The notes under the pieces: generated by a model
The model's database searches: none
What the model was told of the DNA's origin: nothing
Seen by the model: the letters and a program-made list of their open reading frames with translations, nothing else
Shown here: positions 31,183 to 41,784 of the stretch, in pieces
Position numbering within the stretch: the stretch's first letter is position 1
Layout of the letters: every line of letters starts with the position of its first letter
Translations under genes and position numbers: made by a program
Assembly (NCBI GenBank): GCA_963798915.1
Contig: CAWCVB010000014.1
Coordinates: 96,001-160,000 of the forward strand
Origin: an uncultured Gemmatimonadales bacterium
GTDB taxonomy: Bacteria > Gemmatimonadota > Gemmatimonadetes > Gemmatimonadales > GWC2-71-9
Length of the DNA stretch: 64,000 bases
Direction of reading: 5' to 3'

Positions 31183-32338
31183 CTACTTCCCGAGCGCCTG
31201 ATCCAGGTCGGCAATGATGTCGTCGGCATCCTCGATACCGCACGAGAGCCGGACAAAACCGTCCGGGATGCCGATTGCCGCCCTGGCGCTCGCCGACATC
31301 GACTTGTGCGATGTCAGCCGGGGTTCGGAGATCAGGCTTTCGACGCCGGCAAGGCTCGGGGCATGGGCGATGAGCCGGAGCCGTCGGAGGAAGCGTTCGG
31401 TGGCCCTGGTCCCGCCCTTGAGTTCGAGGCCAATCATCCCGCCGAACCCGTCGAGCGTGTCCTTGCGCGATGGCATGGTCCGGGTGCGACTCCAGCCCGG
31501 GATAGTGCGTCTTCACCACCCGAGGGTGCTTCTCGGCCCAGCGGGCCACCGCCATGCCATTTTCGTTGTGGCGCTGCATGCGCACGGCAAGTGTGCGAAG
31601 GCCCCGTTCGACCAGCCACGCGGCATGAGGGTCGATAGCCTGGCCCCAGAGCCGCATGAGCCGGGTGGTCTCCTCGATGAACGAGGAGGTGCCCGCGACC
31701 GCCCCGGCAATGACATCACTGTGCCCGTTCAGGTACTTCGTGGCGCTCGAAATTACCACGTCAGCCCCGTGTTCCAGGGGCCTGAAGTTGACCGGACTGG
31801 CAAAGGTGGCGTCGACCAGCAATGCCAGGCCATGCTCCCGAGCCGCCTGGGCCACGGCGTCCACATCCAGCACCCGGAGGGTCGGATTGGTGGGGGTCTC
31901 GATGAAGATGGCGCGGGTGTGCTTCCGCATCGAGGCTCGCCAGTTGCGGGGCTGGTCTGGCTCGACGTAGGTGACCTCGATTCCGAACCGGCCCAGCTCC
32001 TCGTCGAACAGTTTCCGGGTGCCGCCGTAGATCCACGCGCTCGAAATCAGGTGGTCGCCGGACCGGAGCACCGCCAGGTGGGCCAGCGCCGTGGCGCCCA
32101 TGCCGCTGGAGACGAACAGCGAATCGTCGGCGCCCTCGAGCGCCGCGTACTTGCGGGCCAGACTCACCTGGTTGGGATTGTTTCCGTAGCGGGTGTAGAG
32201 CACTTCTTCGGCACTGCCCACCGGGCTCGCGAAGGTCGAACTCTGCACGATGGCCGGCACGACCGGAGCCCAGTCCGGAAGGTGCGCGGGGGTGCCATGC
32301 ACCGCGGTGGTGGACAGGCCGAGGCGGCGTGCGGTCAC
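31183..32338 (-). CDS. Cys/Met metabolism PLP enzyme (cystathionine gamma-synthase/Met gamma-lyase family), frameshifted near 31470
   Basis: YTRYGNNP, SSGMGA, ETPTNP, SATKYLNGHSD; C-terminal GFGGM...SLAGVESL...RLSCGIED lies in another frame. Confidence 0.88.
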
Positions 32339-32877
32339 TGGAACGGCAGGGGGAAGAAGGCGCCATGCTCGGCGCGCGCCAGCCGCCGCGTCGCCAGCGT
32401 GGTGAGCGCCCGTTCGGCCCGGTCGAACGGCCACTTCAGGTCGGCCGCGAGCAGCGCCGGCGTGGTCGGGCCGGCGCTCACCACCGTGGTGAAGGCGACC
32501 CGTGTGTCCTCGTCCACCCACCCGAGCAGGTCTGCGGCCGCGCCGTCTCCGCAGGGCACCGCTGCCACGGCGAGGCGGTGGTGGCGCAGCACATGATCGA
32601 CTGCTTCCACCTGGTCCTGGCGCAGATTGCGGAGCACCACGTATCGCGCCGCGGCCCAGTTCCCCTGAAGAAACTTGGCGACGACCTCATCGGCGCAGCT
32701 CAGGTCCAGCAGGTCCACCTCGGTGAAGTCGAGGAACACCGTGGCGCAGCTGCTGACCTCGATGGCGCGCTCGATGCTGTTGCGGACCGCCGCCCCGGTG
32801 GGGCGGGTGACCAGGCACCGGGATTCACCCGAGGGTGACTCGCGAAGCAGGCGATGCAGGCGGATGGTCTGGATCAT
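32335..32877 (-). CDS. STAS-like (DUF4325-like) domain plus putative winged-HTH protein
   Basis: LVTRPTGAAVR...VFLDFTEVDLLDLSCADEVV; C-terminal TPALLAADLKW...ALTTLATRRL. Confidence 0.6.
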   Translation of the reverse strand: MIQTIRLHRLLRESPSGESRCLVTRPTGAAVRNSIERAIEVSSCATVFLDFTEVDLLDLSCADEVVAKFLQGNWAAARYVVLRNLRQDQVEAVDHVLRHHRLAVAAVPCGDGAAADLLGWVDEDTRVAFTTVVSAGPTTPALLAADLKWPFDRAERALTTLATRRLARAEHGAFFPLPFQ

Positions 32878-33773
32878 GATTCGGCTGCTCCGGGCGCCGG
32901 AATGGTGATCTGCACCTGCGCCCCCGGGAAGAAGGGCAGGTGCTCCGCCAGTGGCTCATCGTCATCCCAGTCAGGGACAATCGAAAGCCGGGCGGTGCCG
33001 CTGCGGATGGAAATCTTGCCGTTCCACTGGTGAATGAACCGCTTGATGTACGCGAGGCCCTGGCCACGACCGGGATCGCGAAACCGGCTGACGTTCTGGA
33101 TCAGTGCGGCCTCGATGGCCGCGCCGTCCCCCCAACGTTCACCATATTGCCGGGCGTGGCTGGCCTCAAGCGAGTCCTGGAAGCCCACACCGCTGTCGCT
33201 GACAGCGATGACCACCACGCGCCGGCCGAGCCTGCGGCGCCAGCTGTAGCTCTGGGCCGCGACCCAGCCGGCGGTGCCGGCGTGCTCCACAATATTCTGA
33301 CATGCCTCCGAAAGCGCCATCCCGAAGCCGTAAGTCTCCTTGGGATTGATGCCCAGCTGCTCGACCAGGATGCGCGTGGCGTTGTCGGAGATGCCGCGGA
33401 CTGCCTCATGCACGTCCTTCATGGCCCGGATGGCGCGGATATCCAGCAGCGCGTCGGTGGCCCCGGTGGCCGCCCGGGGCACCTTGCCGTGGATCTCGAA
33501 CAGCCCTTCGGCATGCCCGAAGAACCCAGCCCGGGCCAGATAGCGCTTGACGTCGTCGCTCTGCGGCGCCGTGAACAGCGGCTGGGGTCGGCCGGCGTCG
33601 GCCAGGGCCTGCCCGGCCGTCAGCAGCCCGACCAGGCCATAGGGCGAGAACCATTGCGTCTGCCGTGCGTCGATCAGCAGGCGCTGTTCCGGTGGCCAGG
33701 TCCCGCAGGCCTCAGCGAACTGATCGAAGGTGCGGTCATCGAAACTGCCGGGCACCTGCACGACGCGCGTCAC
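32874..33773 (-). CDS. STAS-like + GHKL ATPase protein (RsbW/SpoIIAB-like Ser kinase)
   Basis: LLIDARQTQWFSPYGL; N-box SEACQNIVEHA, G1 SDSGVG, G2 GRGQGL; no His-acceptor DHp seen. Confidence 0.75.
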   Translation of the reverse strand: MTRVVQVPGSFDDRTFDQFAEACGTWPPEQRLLIDARQTQWFSPYGLVGLLTAGQALADAGRPQPLFTAPQSDDVKRYLARAGFFGHAEGLFEIHGKVPRAATGATDALLDIRAIRAMKDVHEAVRGISDNATRILVEQLGINPKETYGFGMALSEACQNIVEHAGTAGWVAAQSYSWRRRLGRRVVVIAVSDSGVGFQDSLEASHARQYGERWGDGAAIEAALIQNVSRFRDPGRGQGLAYIKRFIHQWNGKISIRSGTARLSIVPDWDDDEPLAEHLPFFPGAQVQITIPAPGAAES

Positions 33774-34714
33774 AGGCCCGCCAGCTCGCCGCGGAGTAGC
33801 GGCGCGAGGCGGCTGGCTCCCCGCAGTGCCGCATTCCGGGCGGCGAGCCGGTTGCCGTGCGCAATGGCGCTCTCGAGCGCGTCGCCAGCCAGCAGGCGCC
33901 CCATGGTCGCACCGCCCAGCACATCCCCGCAGCCGGTGGCATCCGCCAGCTCCACCTGGGGCGGGGCCAGCCGTGCGCTGCGGATGGCGCCGCCGGGCCC
34001 CGGACGCCCGAAGCCGTCAAAGCCGGGGTCGGCCACGTAGGCGACGCCGCGGGATCCCAGCGTTACCAACAGCGCCCTGGTGCCGCGCGCCAGCGCATGC
34101 GCCGCCACGCCAAATGGCTCATCCGAAAGCTGGCCCATTTCTTCCTCGTTCAGCTGGACGACATCGAAGCACTCGAACCATGAGGGTGCGTCAGGCAGCG
34201 GCTGGATCTGCCGCACGCCATCGTGGTGCATGCCGAGGAAGAGGCTGTGGAGATCCGCGTAGATCGGCTTCCGAAAGCCCTGCCGAAGGGCCTGCGCCGT
34301 CCCGAGGCAGAGTTCGAACCCCGAGATGAAATTGAGGTACAGGGCGTCGAGGTCAGCCACGAGCGGGCCCAGCTCCGGCCAGATCCAGCCGGGCACCCCG
34401 CCAGACATGCGCTCGCACCGACGCATGGACTGCTCATAATGAAGCTCGACCCGGTTGTTCGGCGCATCGACCTCGATCGGTCGGCTGCCAGGCGCGAGGT
34501 GCTCGATGGTCCGGAAGAGTTCGGCGGCCCGGCTGGCCAGGTCGCGTCCCACCTTGATCAGTGGAACGATCTGCCAATCCTCGCTGAGACTGGCGTCCAG
34601 CCCGGCCAGGGCGTAGGCGATCCCGCCCCACTCCTCGACCGGGGCGCCAGCGGGGTCCCGCCCATGAATGGTGTCCCACACCAGCGAGCCGATCACGCCG
34701 ACCCGGCGTGTCAT
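33770..34714 (-). CDS. PfkB/ribokinase-family carbohydrate kinase
   Basis: GSLVWD, GG, LNEEE, VTLGSRG, DATGCGD. Confidence 0.85.
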   Translation of the reverse strand: MTRRVGVIGSLVWDTIHGRDPAGAPVEEWGGIAYALAGLDASLSEDWQIVPLIKVGRDLASRAAELFRTIEHLAPGSRPIEVDAPNNRVELHYEQSMRRCERMSGGVPGWIWPELGPLVADLDALYLNFISGFELCLGTAQALRQGFRKPIYADLHSLFLGMHHDGVRQIQPLPDAPSWFECFDVVQLNEEEMGQLSDEPFGVAAHALARGTRALLVTLGSRGVAYVADPGFDGFGRPGPGGAIRSARLAPPQVELADATGCGDVLGGATMGRLLAGDALESAIAHGNRLAARNAALRGASRLAPLLRGELAGL

Positions 34715-35685
34715 GGACGGCCGGCCTCCCGGTCAAGAAAGACGCGCGCCGCCCCGTAGACGCCCGGTGCGTCAAGCTGCTGCGCGACGATGCGCACGGC
34801 TTGCACCGCGGGCTTGAAGGCCCGGCGGGTGACTTCGCGCCGAAGTGGCACGAACAGCAGGTCACCGGCGCGGGTCACGCCGCCGCAGACCACCACGACT
34901 TCCGGATTGAAGACATTAACCAGGTTGGCCACGCCGGCGCCAAGGAACTGGGCGGTCTCGTGGACCAGCTCGCGGGCAAGCTCGTCGCCTTCATGCGCCG
35001 CATCGTAGACGGTTCGCGCCGTGATGCGCTCGGGATCCCCACCGGCCCGCTGGAGCAGGGTAGTTGCTTCGCCGGATTCGATGGCTTCCACTGCCCGCCG
35101 CGCGATGGCCAGCCCGGATGCGTACGCTTCGAGGCATCCATAGTTGCCGCAGGCGCAGTGCCGGCCGTTGGCTTCGATGGTCGTGTGGCCGATTTCCCCG
35201 GCGCACCCGGAGGCGCCGTGGTAGAGCTTGCCATCGACCATGATCCCGCCCCCGATCCCGGTGCCAATCGTAAAGCCGATCGCGTGGCGGGTGCCTTGCG
35301 CCGCTCCCTGCCACCATTCCCCGAGTACGGCGCAGTTGGCGTCGTTGTCGATGACGGTGGGAAGCTCGAGCGCCTCCTGCAGGCGGTCGCGAAGCGGGTA
35401 GTCCACCCAGCCGAGATTCGGGGTCAGCAGCACCACGCCGGTCTCGGTGTTGAGCGGACCGGGTGCACCGGCCCCCGCCCCGATGAACACCGCCTCGGGG
35501 TGCTCGCGCCGCGCATCCTGCAGGACCTCGCGCGCCGCGGCCACGATGCGCCGGAGGACGCCATCGGCGCCATCCTTCGGATCGGTGGGCGCCTCCCGGA
35601 ATGCCGAAGCGGCAGTGCCGTCGGCGGTGATGGCGCCAACCGTGAACGTGGTCCCGCCGATGTCAATGCCGAGCACCAGGCGCAC
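34711..35685 (-). CDS. ROK-family sugar kinase (glucokinase-like)
   Basis: GIDIGGT, NDANCA, GTGIGGG, GEIGH, CACGNYGCLE; GGAGG RBS and GTG start. Confidence 0.92.
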   Translation of the reverse strand: MRLVLGIDIGGTTFTVGAITADGTAASAFREAPTDPKDGADGVLRRIVAAAREVLQDARREHPEAVFIGAGAGAPGPLNTETGVVLLTPNLGWVDYPLRDRLQEALELPTVIDNDANCAVLGEWWQGAAQGTRHAIGFTIGTGIGGGIMVDGKLYHGASGCAGEIGHTTIEANGRHCACGNYGCLEAYASGLAIARRAVEAIESGEATTLLQRAGGDPERITARTVYDAAHEGDELARELVHETAQFLGAGVANLVNVFNPEVVVVCGGVTRAGDLLFVPLRREVTRRAFKPAVQAVRIVAQQLDAPGVYGAARVFLDREAGRP

Positions 35686-35708
35686 GGCAGCCTCCGTAGG
35701 AACCGTGG

Positions 35709-37508
35709 TCAGTCCACCTGCAGGACGGCCAGGAAGGCCTCCTGCGGAATTTCGATCGCGCCGATCTGCTTCATCCGCTTCTTGCCCTCTTTCTGCTTTT
35801 CCAGAAGCTTGCGCTTGCGGCTGACATCGCCGCCGTAGCACTTGGCCAGCACATCCTTGCGAAAGGCGCTGATGGTCTCGCGCGCGATCACCTTGGTGCC
35901 GATCGTCGCCTGGATGGCAACGGCAAAAAGCTGGCGCGGGATGAGTTCCTTCAGCTTCTCCGCGACCTTGCGGCCCCACTCGTAGGCCTTGTCCTTGTGG
36001 ATGATCACGCTGAACGCGTCGATCTGGTCGCCATTGATGAGCATGTCCAGCTTGACCAGGTCGGCGGCCCGGTAGCCGGCCATCTCATAGTCAAGCGACG
36101 CATAGCCCTTGCTGAGCGACTTCAGCCGGTCGTAGAAGTCCAGGACGATTTCGCCCAGGGGAAACTCGAAATCAAACTCGACGCGCGAGGTATCAATGTA
36201 GTGCATTCCATTGTACACACCGCGGCGTTCCTGACCCAGCTTCATGATGCCGCCGATATACTCGGCGGGGGCCATGATACGCGCCTTGACATAGGGCTCC
36301 TCGATCCGCTGGATCTCGGAGGGATCGGGCAGCTCGGTGGGATTGTCCAGGATGGCTTCGGTCCCATCGGTGCGGAAGACGTGGTACTCGACCGTGGGAA
36401 CGGTGGTGATGAGATTCAGGTCGAATTCGCGTTCCAGTCGTTCCTGGACGATGTCGAGATGCAGCAGCCCGAGGAACCCGCACCGGAAGCCGAAGCCGAG
36501 CGCGGTCGATGACTCGGGCAGGTACTGGAGCGAGCCGTCGTTCAGCCGCAATTTCTCCAGTGCATCCCGAAGCGATTCGTACTGGTCCGAGTCGGTGGGA
36601 TAGATGCCCGCGAAGACCATGGACTTCACGTCGCGATACCCGGGCAGGAGTGCCGTGGCAGGACGGGCAGCGTCGATGACCGTGTCGCCGACCCGCGCAT
36701 CGCGCACATCCTTGAGGCTCGCTGCCAGGTAGCCGACCTCGCCCGCCTCGAGGCGCTCGGTGCTGCGCTGGCCCAGCTGCATGTAGCCCACGTCGTCCAC
36801 CACGTGAGGCTCGTCCGGGTTGGACCCGAAGGCAATCGTCATCCCCGGGGCCACGGTGCCGTCCACCACCCGGATGCTGGGAATCGCGCCGCGATACCGG
36901 TCAAAATACGAGTCGAAGACCAGGGCCCGGAGCGGGGCATCAGGATCGCCGGCGGGCGGCGGTACCCGACGCACGATTTCCTCCAGCAGGGCCGGCACGC
37001 CCGTGCCTTCCTTGGCCGATACCGACAGGATCTCGTCGCGGGTGGAGCCGATGAGGTCCATGATCTCCTGCGCCCGTCGCTCGGGCTCCGCACCGGGCAG
37101 GTCGATCTTGTTGAGGACCGGAATGATTTCCAGTCCGGCGTCCATGGCGAGGAAGAGGTTGGAGAGGGTCTGGGCCTGGATGCCCTGCGAGGCGTCCACC
37201 ACCAGGATGGCGCCTTCGCACGCGGCCAGTGATCGCGAGACCTCGTAGGTGAAGTCCACGTGCCCGGGCGTGTCGATGAGGTTGAGCTCATATTCCTGTG
37301 CGTCGGCGCCCCGGTAGCTCATCCGCACCGCGTTCAGCTTGATGGTGATGCCCCGTTCGCGCTCGAGGTCCATCGTGTCCAGCAGCTGTTCGCGCATCTG
37401 GCGCTTCTCCACCGCGCCGGTGGCCTCGATGAGGCGGTCAGCCAGCGTGCTCTTGCCGTGGTCAATGTGCGCTACGATGCAGAAATTGCGGATACGGTTC
37501 TGTCGCAT
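35709..37508 (-). CDS. lepA: Elongation factor 4
   Basis: [55 protein letters not shown]. Confidence 0.98.
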   Translation of the reverse strand: MRQNRIRNFCIVAHIDHGKSTLADRLIEATGAVEKRQMREQLLDTMDLERERGITIKLNAVRMSYRGADAQEYELNLIDTPGHVDFTYEVSRSLAACEGAILVVDASQGIQAQTLSNLFLAMDAGLEIIPVLNKIDLPGAEPERRAQEIMDLIGSTRDEILSVSAKEGTGVPALLEEIVRRVPPPAGDPDAPLRALVFDSYFDRYRGAIPSIRVVDGTVAPGMTIAFGSNPDEPHVVDDVGYMQLGQRSTERLEAGEVGYLAASLKDVRDARVGDTVIDAARPATALLPGYRDVKSMVFAGIYPTDSDQYESLRDALEKLRLNDGSLQYLPESSTALGFGFRCGFLGLLHLDIVQERLEREFDLNLITTVPTVEYHVFRTDGTEAILDNPTELPDPSEIQRIEEPYVKARIMAPAEYIGGIMKLGQERRGVYNGMHYIDTSRVEFDFEFPLGEIVLDFYDRLKSLSKGYASLDYEMAGYRAADLVKLDMLINGDQIDAFSVIIHKDKAYEWGRKVAEKLKELIPRQLFAVAIQATIGTKVIARETISAFRKDVLAKCYGGDVSRKRKLLEKQKEGKKRMKQIGAIEIPQEAFLAVLQVD

Positions 37509-37560
37509 GGCGGGAATATAAGAGGGCGGCTACTCCGGTGACGCCGCTATCTTCCGCGCC

Positions 37561-38502
37561 ATGACCGGCCCGCCCTCGCGCCGCACCGCGGTGCTCCTGA
37601 TGCTGCTTGTGGTGCTCATCTGGGGCCTCAATGTGACCATCACCAAGTGGACGTTGGCGGAATTTTCGCCGCTGGCGTTCACCGGCATCCGCTTCCTGCT
37701 GGCCTCAGGACTGCTGATGCTGGTCCTCTACCGGCGGGAAGGATCACTTCGGCTTCCGCCCGGGGCCTTCTGGCCTGTCGTCGGACTCGGGCTGGTGGGG
37801 AACTCCATCTACCAGCTCGGCTTCATTTTCGGGCTGGCGAACACCACCGCCACCAACAGCGGCCTGGTGCTGGCCAGCATGCCGGCCATGGTGGCCGGGC
37901 TCGGTGCCATGCTTCGGATCGAGCATCTCACCCGGCATGCCGCCGAGGGACTGGCGCTCGCCAGCGTCGGCGTGGTGCTGGTGATCGCATCGCACGGCAT
38001 CGGCTTCAGCGGCACCACCATGCTGGGCGACCTGCTGACCTTCGGAGCCGTGATGTGCTGGGCGGTCTTTACGCTGGGGCTGCGACGGCAGTCCCTGCCG
38101 CTGTCGTCGCTTGCCATCACCGCGTGGACGGTGCTTGCCGGTACCATTCCGTTGTTTCTGGCAGCCATTCCGTCCCTGCTTGCCATGAACTGGAGCCGGA
38201 CGACACCGACTGGCTGGGGCGGGGTGCTCTACTCGAGCGGCTTTTCACTTGTGCTGGCGTACATTATCTGGAACCGGAGCATCAGGGTGGTGGGGTCCAA
38301 CCGCACCGCCATCTTCGCCTGCCTGACACCGGTCGTGGCGATGCTCACGGCTATGCTGATGCTGGGCGAGCGGCCCGGGCCGGCCCAGCTCGCGGGCGGC
38401 GCGCTGGTCATCGCCGGTGTGCTGCTCAGCCAGCGCACCGGTCCCTTGCCCGGCACCGGGGCGCACACCGCGACCTTCAACGTTCAGGAATCCGACGCAT
38501 GA
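37561..38502 (+). CDS. DMT/EamA-family transporter
   Basis: About 10 TM helices, IWG and RF motifs, GDLLTF, LLGE-type C-terminal motif. Confidence 0.88.
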   Translation: MTGPPSRRTAVLLMLLVVLIWGLNVTITKWTLAEFSPLAFTGIRFLLASGLLMLVLYRREGSLRLPPGAFWPVVGLGLVGNSIYQLGFIFGLANTTATNSGLVLASMPAMVAGLGAMLRIEHLTRHAAEGLALASVGVVLVIASHGIGFSGTTMLGDLLTFGAVMCWAVFTLGLRRQSLPLSSLAITAWTVLAGTIPLFLAAIPSLLAMNWSRTTPTGWGGVLYSSGFSLVLAYIIWNRSIRVVGSNRTAIFACLTPVVAMLTAMLMLGERPGPAQLAGGALVIAGVLLSQRTGPLPGTGAHTATFNVQESDA

Positions 38503-38846
38503 CCCAATCCCTCGCCGAATTCAACCAGTTCCGCGACGAGATGAACGCGCTCATTCTCGGCGCAGGCAACCTGACGGTCAACCGCTTCTTTGCGCTGGAT
38601 GGCACGTGCTACGAGGAGGGCGCCCTCGGGGCCAGGACCAAGGAGATGCTCGGCCTGGTCGCCTCGCTGGTACTGCGGTGCGACGACTGCATCACCTACC
38701 ACATCGTCAAGTGCCGGGAGGCCGGTGCCACGAAGGCTGAACTGATGGAAGTCTTTGCCGTCGGGCTGGTGGTCGGTGGCAGCATCGTCATTCCCCATCT
38801 GCGACGGGCCATGGCACGGTTGGAGGGCCTCTCAGGCCCCCCTTGA
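38499..38846 (+). CDS. Carboxymuconolactone decarboxylase/AhpD-family protein
   Basis: GAL..RTKEMLGL.AS..LRCDDCITYH; ATGA overlap with EamA gene. Confidence 0.88.
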   Translation: MTQSLAEFNQFRDEMNALILGAGNLTVNRFFALDGTCYEEGALGARTKEMLGLVASLVLRCDDCITYHIVKCREAGATKAELMEVFAVGLVVGGSIVIPHLRRAMARLEGLSGPP

Positions 38847-39290
38847 CGGCTCCCGGCCCAGGCGGGATGTTATGCCGGCTGCGCATACCACCGCGTGGCT
38901 GGATCTCCCTTTCGGGATCACTAAGACATACCGGCGCAAGGCCGGACACGTTGTCCCGCGGCCTCACTTGAGGCGGCGGGTCTGACCAGCGGGCCGCAGG
39001 TTGAGCTGTGGGCGCGAACTGGCGTCGAGCATGTACCCCTTGGCATGCGCGATCGCACAGACTGGGCCGTCCATCAGGCCACCGAACGTGGCCGCTCTCC
39101 CCGATGATTGGGGCGAATGGCTGCGCGCGGGTCCGTTTGGGGAGTTGACGCAAGCCGATCGGGCACCCGGAGTCCTGCACCGGGCTTGCGAGACGCAGGT
39201 ACTCGTGTCTCCTGGCGGCGCGATGGGTGGCGACGGTTTCGGCCTGCGGGCTGGCTGACGTCACCGGCCGTGCCCCCTGGATGCACACGT

Positions 39291-39374
39291 GTTCCCGACA
39301 AAGGCACCCCGGCTGCGAAGCCGGTCCGCAAAGCCCGAGCGTCACCCCCGACGCCGTCCGGCTGCCGAAGGAAC
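39291..39374 (+). ncRNA. c-di-GMP-I (GEMM) riboswitch
   Basis: CGACAAAGGCA...; P2 CCGGCT-GCGA-AGCCGG with GNRA loop; CGCAAAGCC; P3 closed by GGCT; TGCCGA; P1 extension GTTCC/GGAAC. Confidence 0.8.
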
Positions 39375-39400
39375 GCCTTCAATCCAGTGGGAGGTGTTCT

Positions 39401-41710
39401 GTGCAACGTCATAGATGGTCGAGATTCCGCAGTACCGCACGACCGGCGGCGAAGTCGCTGGCGTGTACCTTCCTGGCGGCAGTACTGGTGATTGGCATGA
39501 GCTCGTGCGCAAGCGACGGTCCCACGCAACCTGCGACCGTCGGAACCCCACTTCCGACCGGAGGCAATACGCCCGCCTTCGGTGTCGTGGATCCGGCCAA
39601 CGGCAGCGGTGAGTGCATGGCCAACGACGCCGTGAGCTATGCCTCACTGGTGGACGGCGTCGCGTCCGGCGACGACCCGGTCGGGCTGCTCAACTGCACC
39701 GCCAACGATATCTACATCGCCACGGCGGTGGTCACCGAAGTGTTCGATCCCACGGCCAACGGTGGCGTGGGCGCCTTTGTCGCATTTGACGCCGAAAATC
39801 CGCCCCACTGTACCGAGGGCGAGAACGTCACCTTCAGGATGACGGCCCAGCTGGCCCAGAATGCCAACTCCGAGCGCCAGGATATCGGTGTCTGGATCGC
39901 GACCGACGGCGGCGACGCTGAGACGGGCGAGTGCAACCACTACAACCTGATCCCCGGAGCCGAGGGCACGACCAACACTGACGGAGACCAGTGCGGTGGC
40001 ATGGCCGAAGCGGCCACCACGTCGCTGGACCTCGGCACGCTCGAAGTGCCCTGCAATCCTGACCCGGTCACCAACAACCTGACCATCGGCGCCTGCCTCT
40101 CCTGGAAGGTTCCGAGTGATGATCAGGTCTGCTCCGACAATTCCGATGGCTCGGGCACCTCGGGTGAGCCGACCGACTTCCGTGCCGGCACCCTGCCGAG
40201 CAACAAGTCCAAGTGCAATTGCGACGGCTTCGACGTGCCGATCGTGGTGGACAAGCATGCGACCATCGAGGTCAAGAAGCAGTGTCCTGCTGGAACCACC
40301 GGCACCTTCGACCTCAAGATTGACGGCGTGGTCGAGAAGGACGATGCCGCCTGCGGCGAGACGACCGGGGCCGTGACCGTGGGAGCCGGCACCAGCGTCG
40401 ACCCGGGTGCCGATCACACCGTGGCCGAGGACGGCTTCACGACCGCGAACTACACCAGCAGTTATGCCTGCACCAAGAACGGCGATCCGTACGTCAGCTC
40501 CACAGCGGGGACCGGACCAAAGACGGTGCATGTGGATCCGGACGACGCCGTGGTCTGCACTTTCACCAACGAAGCGATCACGGTGGACGTCACCAAGGAC
40601 GCCACGCCTACGTTCCGCCGCTCGTACGCCTGGACGCTCGACAAGAGCACCAGCCCGACCGCCTTCGAACTCGATCCCGGCGAGGTCTACAGCCAGGACT
40701 ACTCCGTGGCGGTATCGCTCAGCGGAACGACAGACGACAACTGGGCGGTGACCGGCAATATTCACGTGCACAACCCCACGTCCCATACCGTGAACCTGGC
40801 CAGTGTCACCGACGCCATTGCCGGAAGTGGTTCGGCCACCGTGGACTGCGGCGTCACCTTCCCGTACGATCTGGCCGCCGGCGCCACGCTGGACTGCACC
40901 TACTCGTCCTCCCTGGCGGACGGCAGCACCCGGCTCAACACCGCCAGTGCTACCATTACCGGCATTGCCACTCCGTTCACCGGTACGGCGAGCATCAACT
41001 TCGGCTCGGTCACGCCCTCACTGGTGGACAACTGCATCGCCGTGAAGGATGAAGGGGATCTTGGCAACACCGATCCACTGGGCACCGTGTGCGCCTCTGG
41101 CACACCGACGCCATCGGGCGGCTTCACCGCACCGAAGACCTTCAGCTATTCGTGGCCGGTACCGACGGGTGTGGCACAGTGCGGGATGAACACCTACAAC
41201 AACACCGCAACTGGCACCACCAACACCACCAGCACGGTGCTGACTGACCCGGCGAGCATTACGGTCACGATCAATTGCGGCGTCGGGTGTACCCTGACCC
41301 AGGGCTACTGGAAGACCCACAATGACCTGTTCCAGGGCGGTGCGCCGTCCGATCCCGACTGGTCATCGGTGGGTGGGCCGGACGCCGCCTTCTTCATCAG
41401 CGGCCAGACCTGGTTCCAGGTCTTCTGGACCAGCCCGAAGGGCAATGCGTACTACAACCTTGCCCATCAGTACATGGCTGCCGTGCTCAATGGCGTGGAT
41501 AACGACCCAACCCCGCCGGCAGACGTGCAGCAGGCCCTGGCCGATGCGGCAACGCTCTTCAGCACCTACACCCCGGCTCAGATCGGCGCGCTCAAGGGCA
41601 ACAACTCGCTCCGCGCGCAGTTCATCACCCTTGCCGGAATTCTCGGGAACTACAACGAGGGCAACGACGGCGTGCCGCACTGCGCCGAGAACCAGCTCAC
41701 GTTGAACTGA
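39401..41710 (+). CDS. Large Cys/Thr-rich surface lipoprotein with Ig/prealbumin-like repeats
   Basis: GGGAGG RBS and GTG start; lipobox-like GMSSC; VVCTFTN and TLDCTYS beta-sandwich motifs; C-terminal GCTLTQGYWKTH domain. Confidence 0.8.
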   Translation: MQRHRWSRFRSTARPAAKSLACTFLAAVLVIGMSSCASDGPTQPATVGTPLPTGGNTPAFGVVDPANGSGECMANDAVSYASLVDGVASGDDPVGLLNCTANDIYIATAVVTEVFDPTANGGVGAFVAFDAENPPHCTEGENVTFRMTAQLAQNANSERQDIGVWIATDGGDAETGECNHYNLIPGAEGTTNTDGDQCGGMAEAATTSLDLGTLEVPCNPDPVTNNLTIGACLSWKVPSDDQVCSDNSDGSGTSGEPTDFRAGTLPSNKSKCNCDGFDVPIVVDKHATIEVKKQCPAGTTGTFDLKIDGVVEKDDAACGETTGAVTVGAGTSVDPGADHTVAEDGFTTANYTSSYACTKNGDPYVSSTAGTGPKTVHVDPDDAVVCTFTNEAITVDVTKDATPTFRRSYAWTLDKSTSPTAFELDPGEVYSQDYSVAVSLSGTTDDNWAVTGNIHVHNPTSHTVNLASVTDAIAGSGSATVDCGVTFPYDLAAGATLDCTYSSSLADGSTRLNTASATITGIATPFTGTASINFGSVTPSLVDNCIAVKDEGDLGNTDPLGTVCASGTPTPSGGFTAPKTFSYSWPVPTGVAQCGMNTYNNTATGTTNTTSTVLTDPASITVTINCGVGCTLTQGYWKTHNDLFQGGAPSDPDWSSVGGPDAAFFISGQTWFQVFWTSPKGNAYYNLAHQYMAAVLNGVDNDPTPPADVQQALADAATLFSTYTPAQIGALKGNNSLRAQFITLAGILGNYNEGNDGVPHCAENQLTLN

Positions 41711-41725
41711 ACGGCAACCCTCAAC

Positions 41726-41753
41726 CGGGCGGGCCTCGCAAGGGGCCCGTCCG
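41726..41753 (+). terminator. GC-rich hairpin (GCAA loop) after the lipoprotein gene, no U-tract
   Basis: CGGGCGGGCCTC-GCAA-GGGGCCCGTCCG. Confidence 0.55.
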
Positions 41754-41784
41754 AACCCCCTGACCTGCACTGCGGAAGGCAACA

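Noticed and set aside
39041..39057. Sigma-54 promoter TGGCATG...CGCA upstream of the riboswitch
   Set aside because: GG-to-GC spacing is 11 nt rather than the required 10
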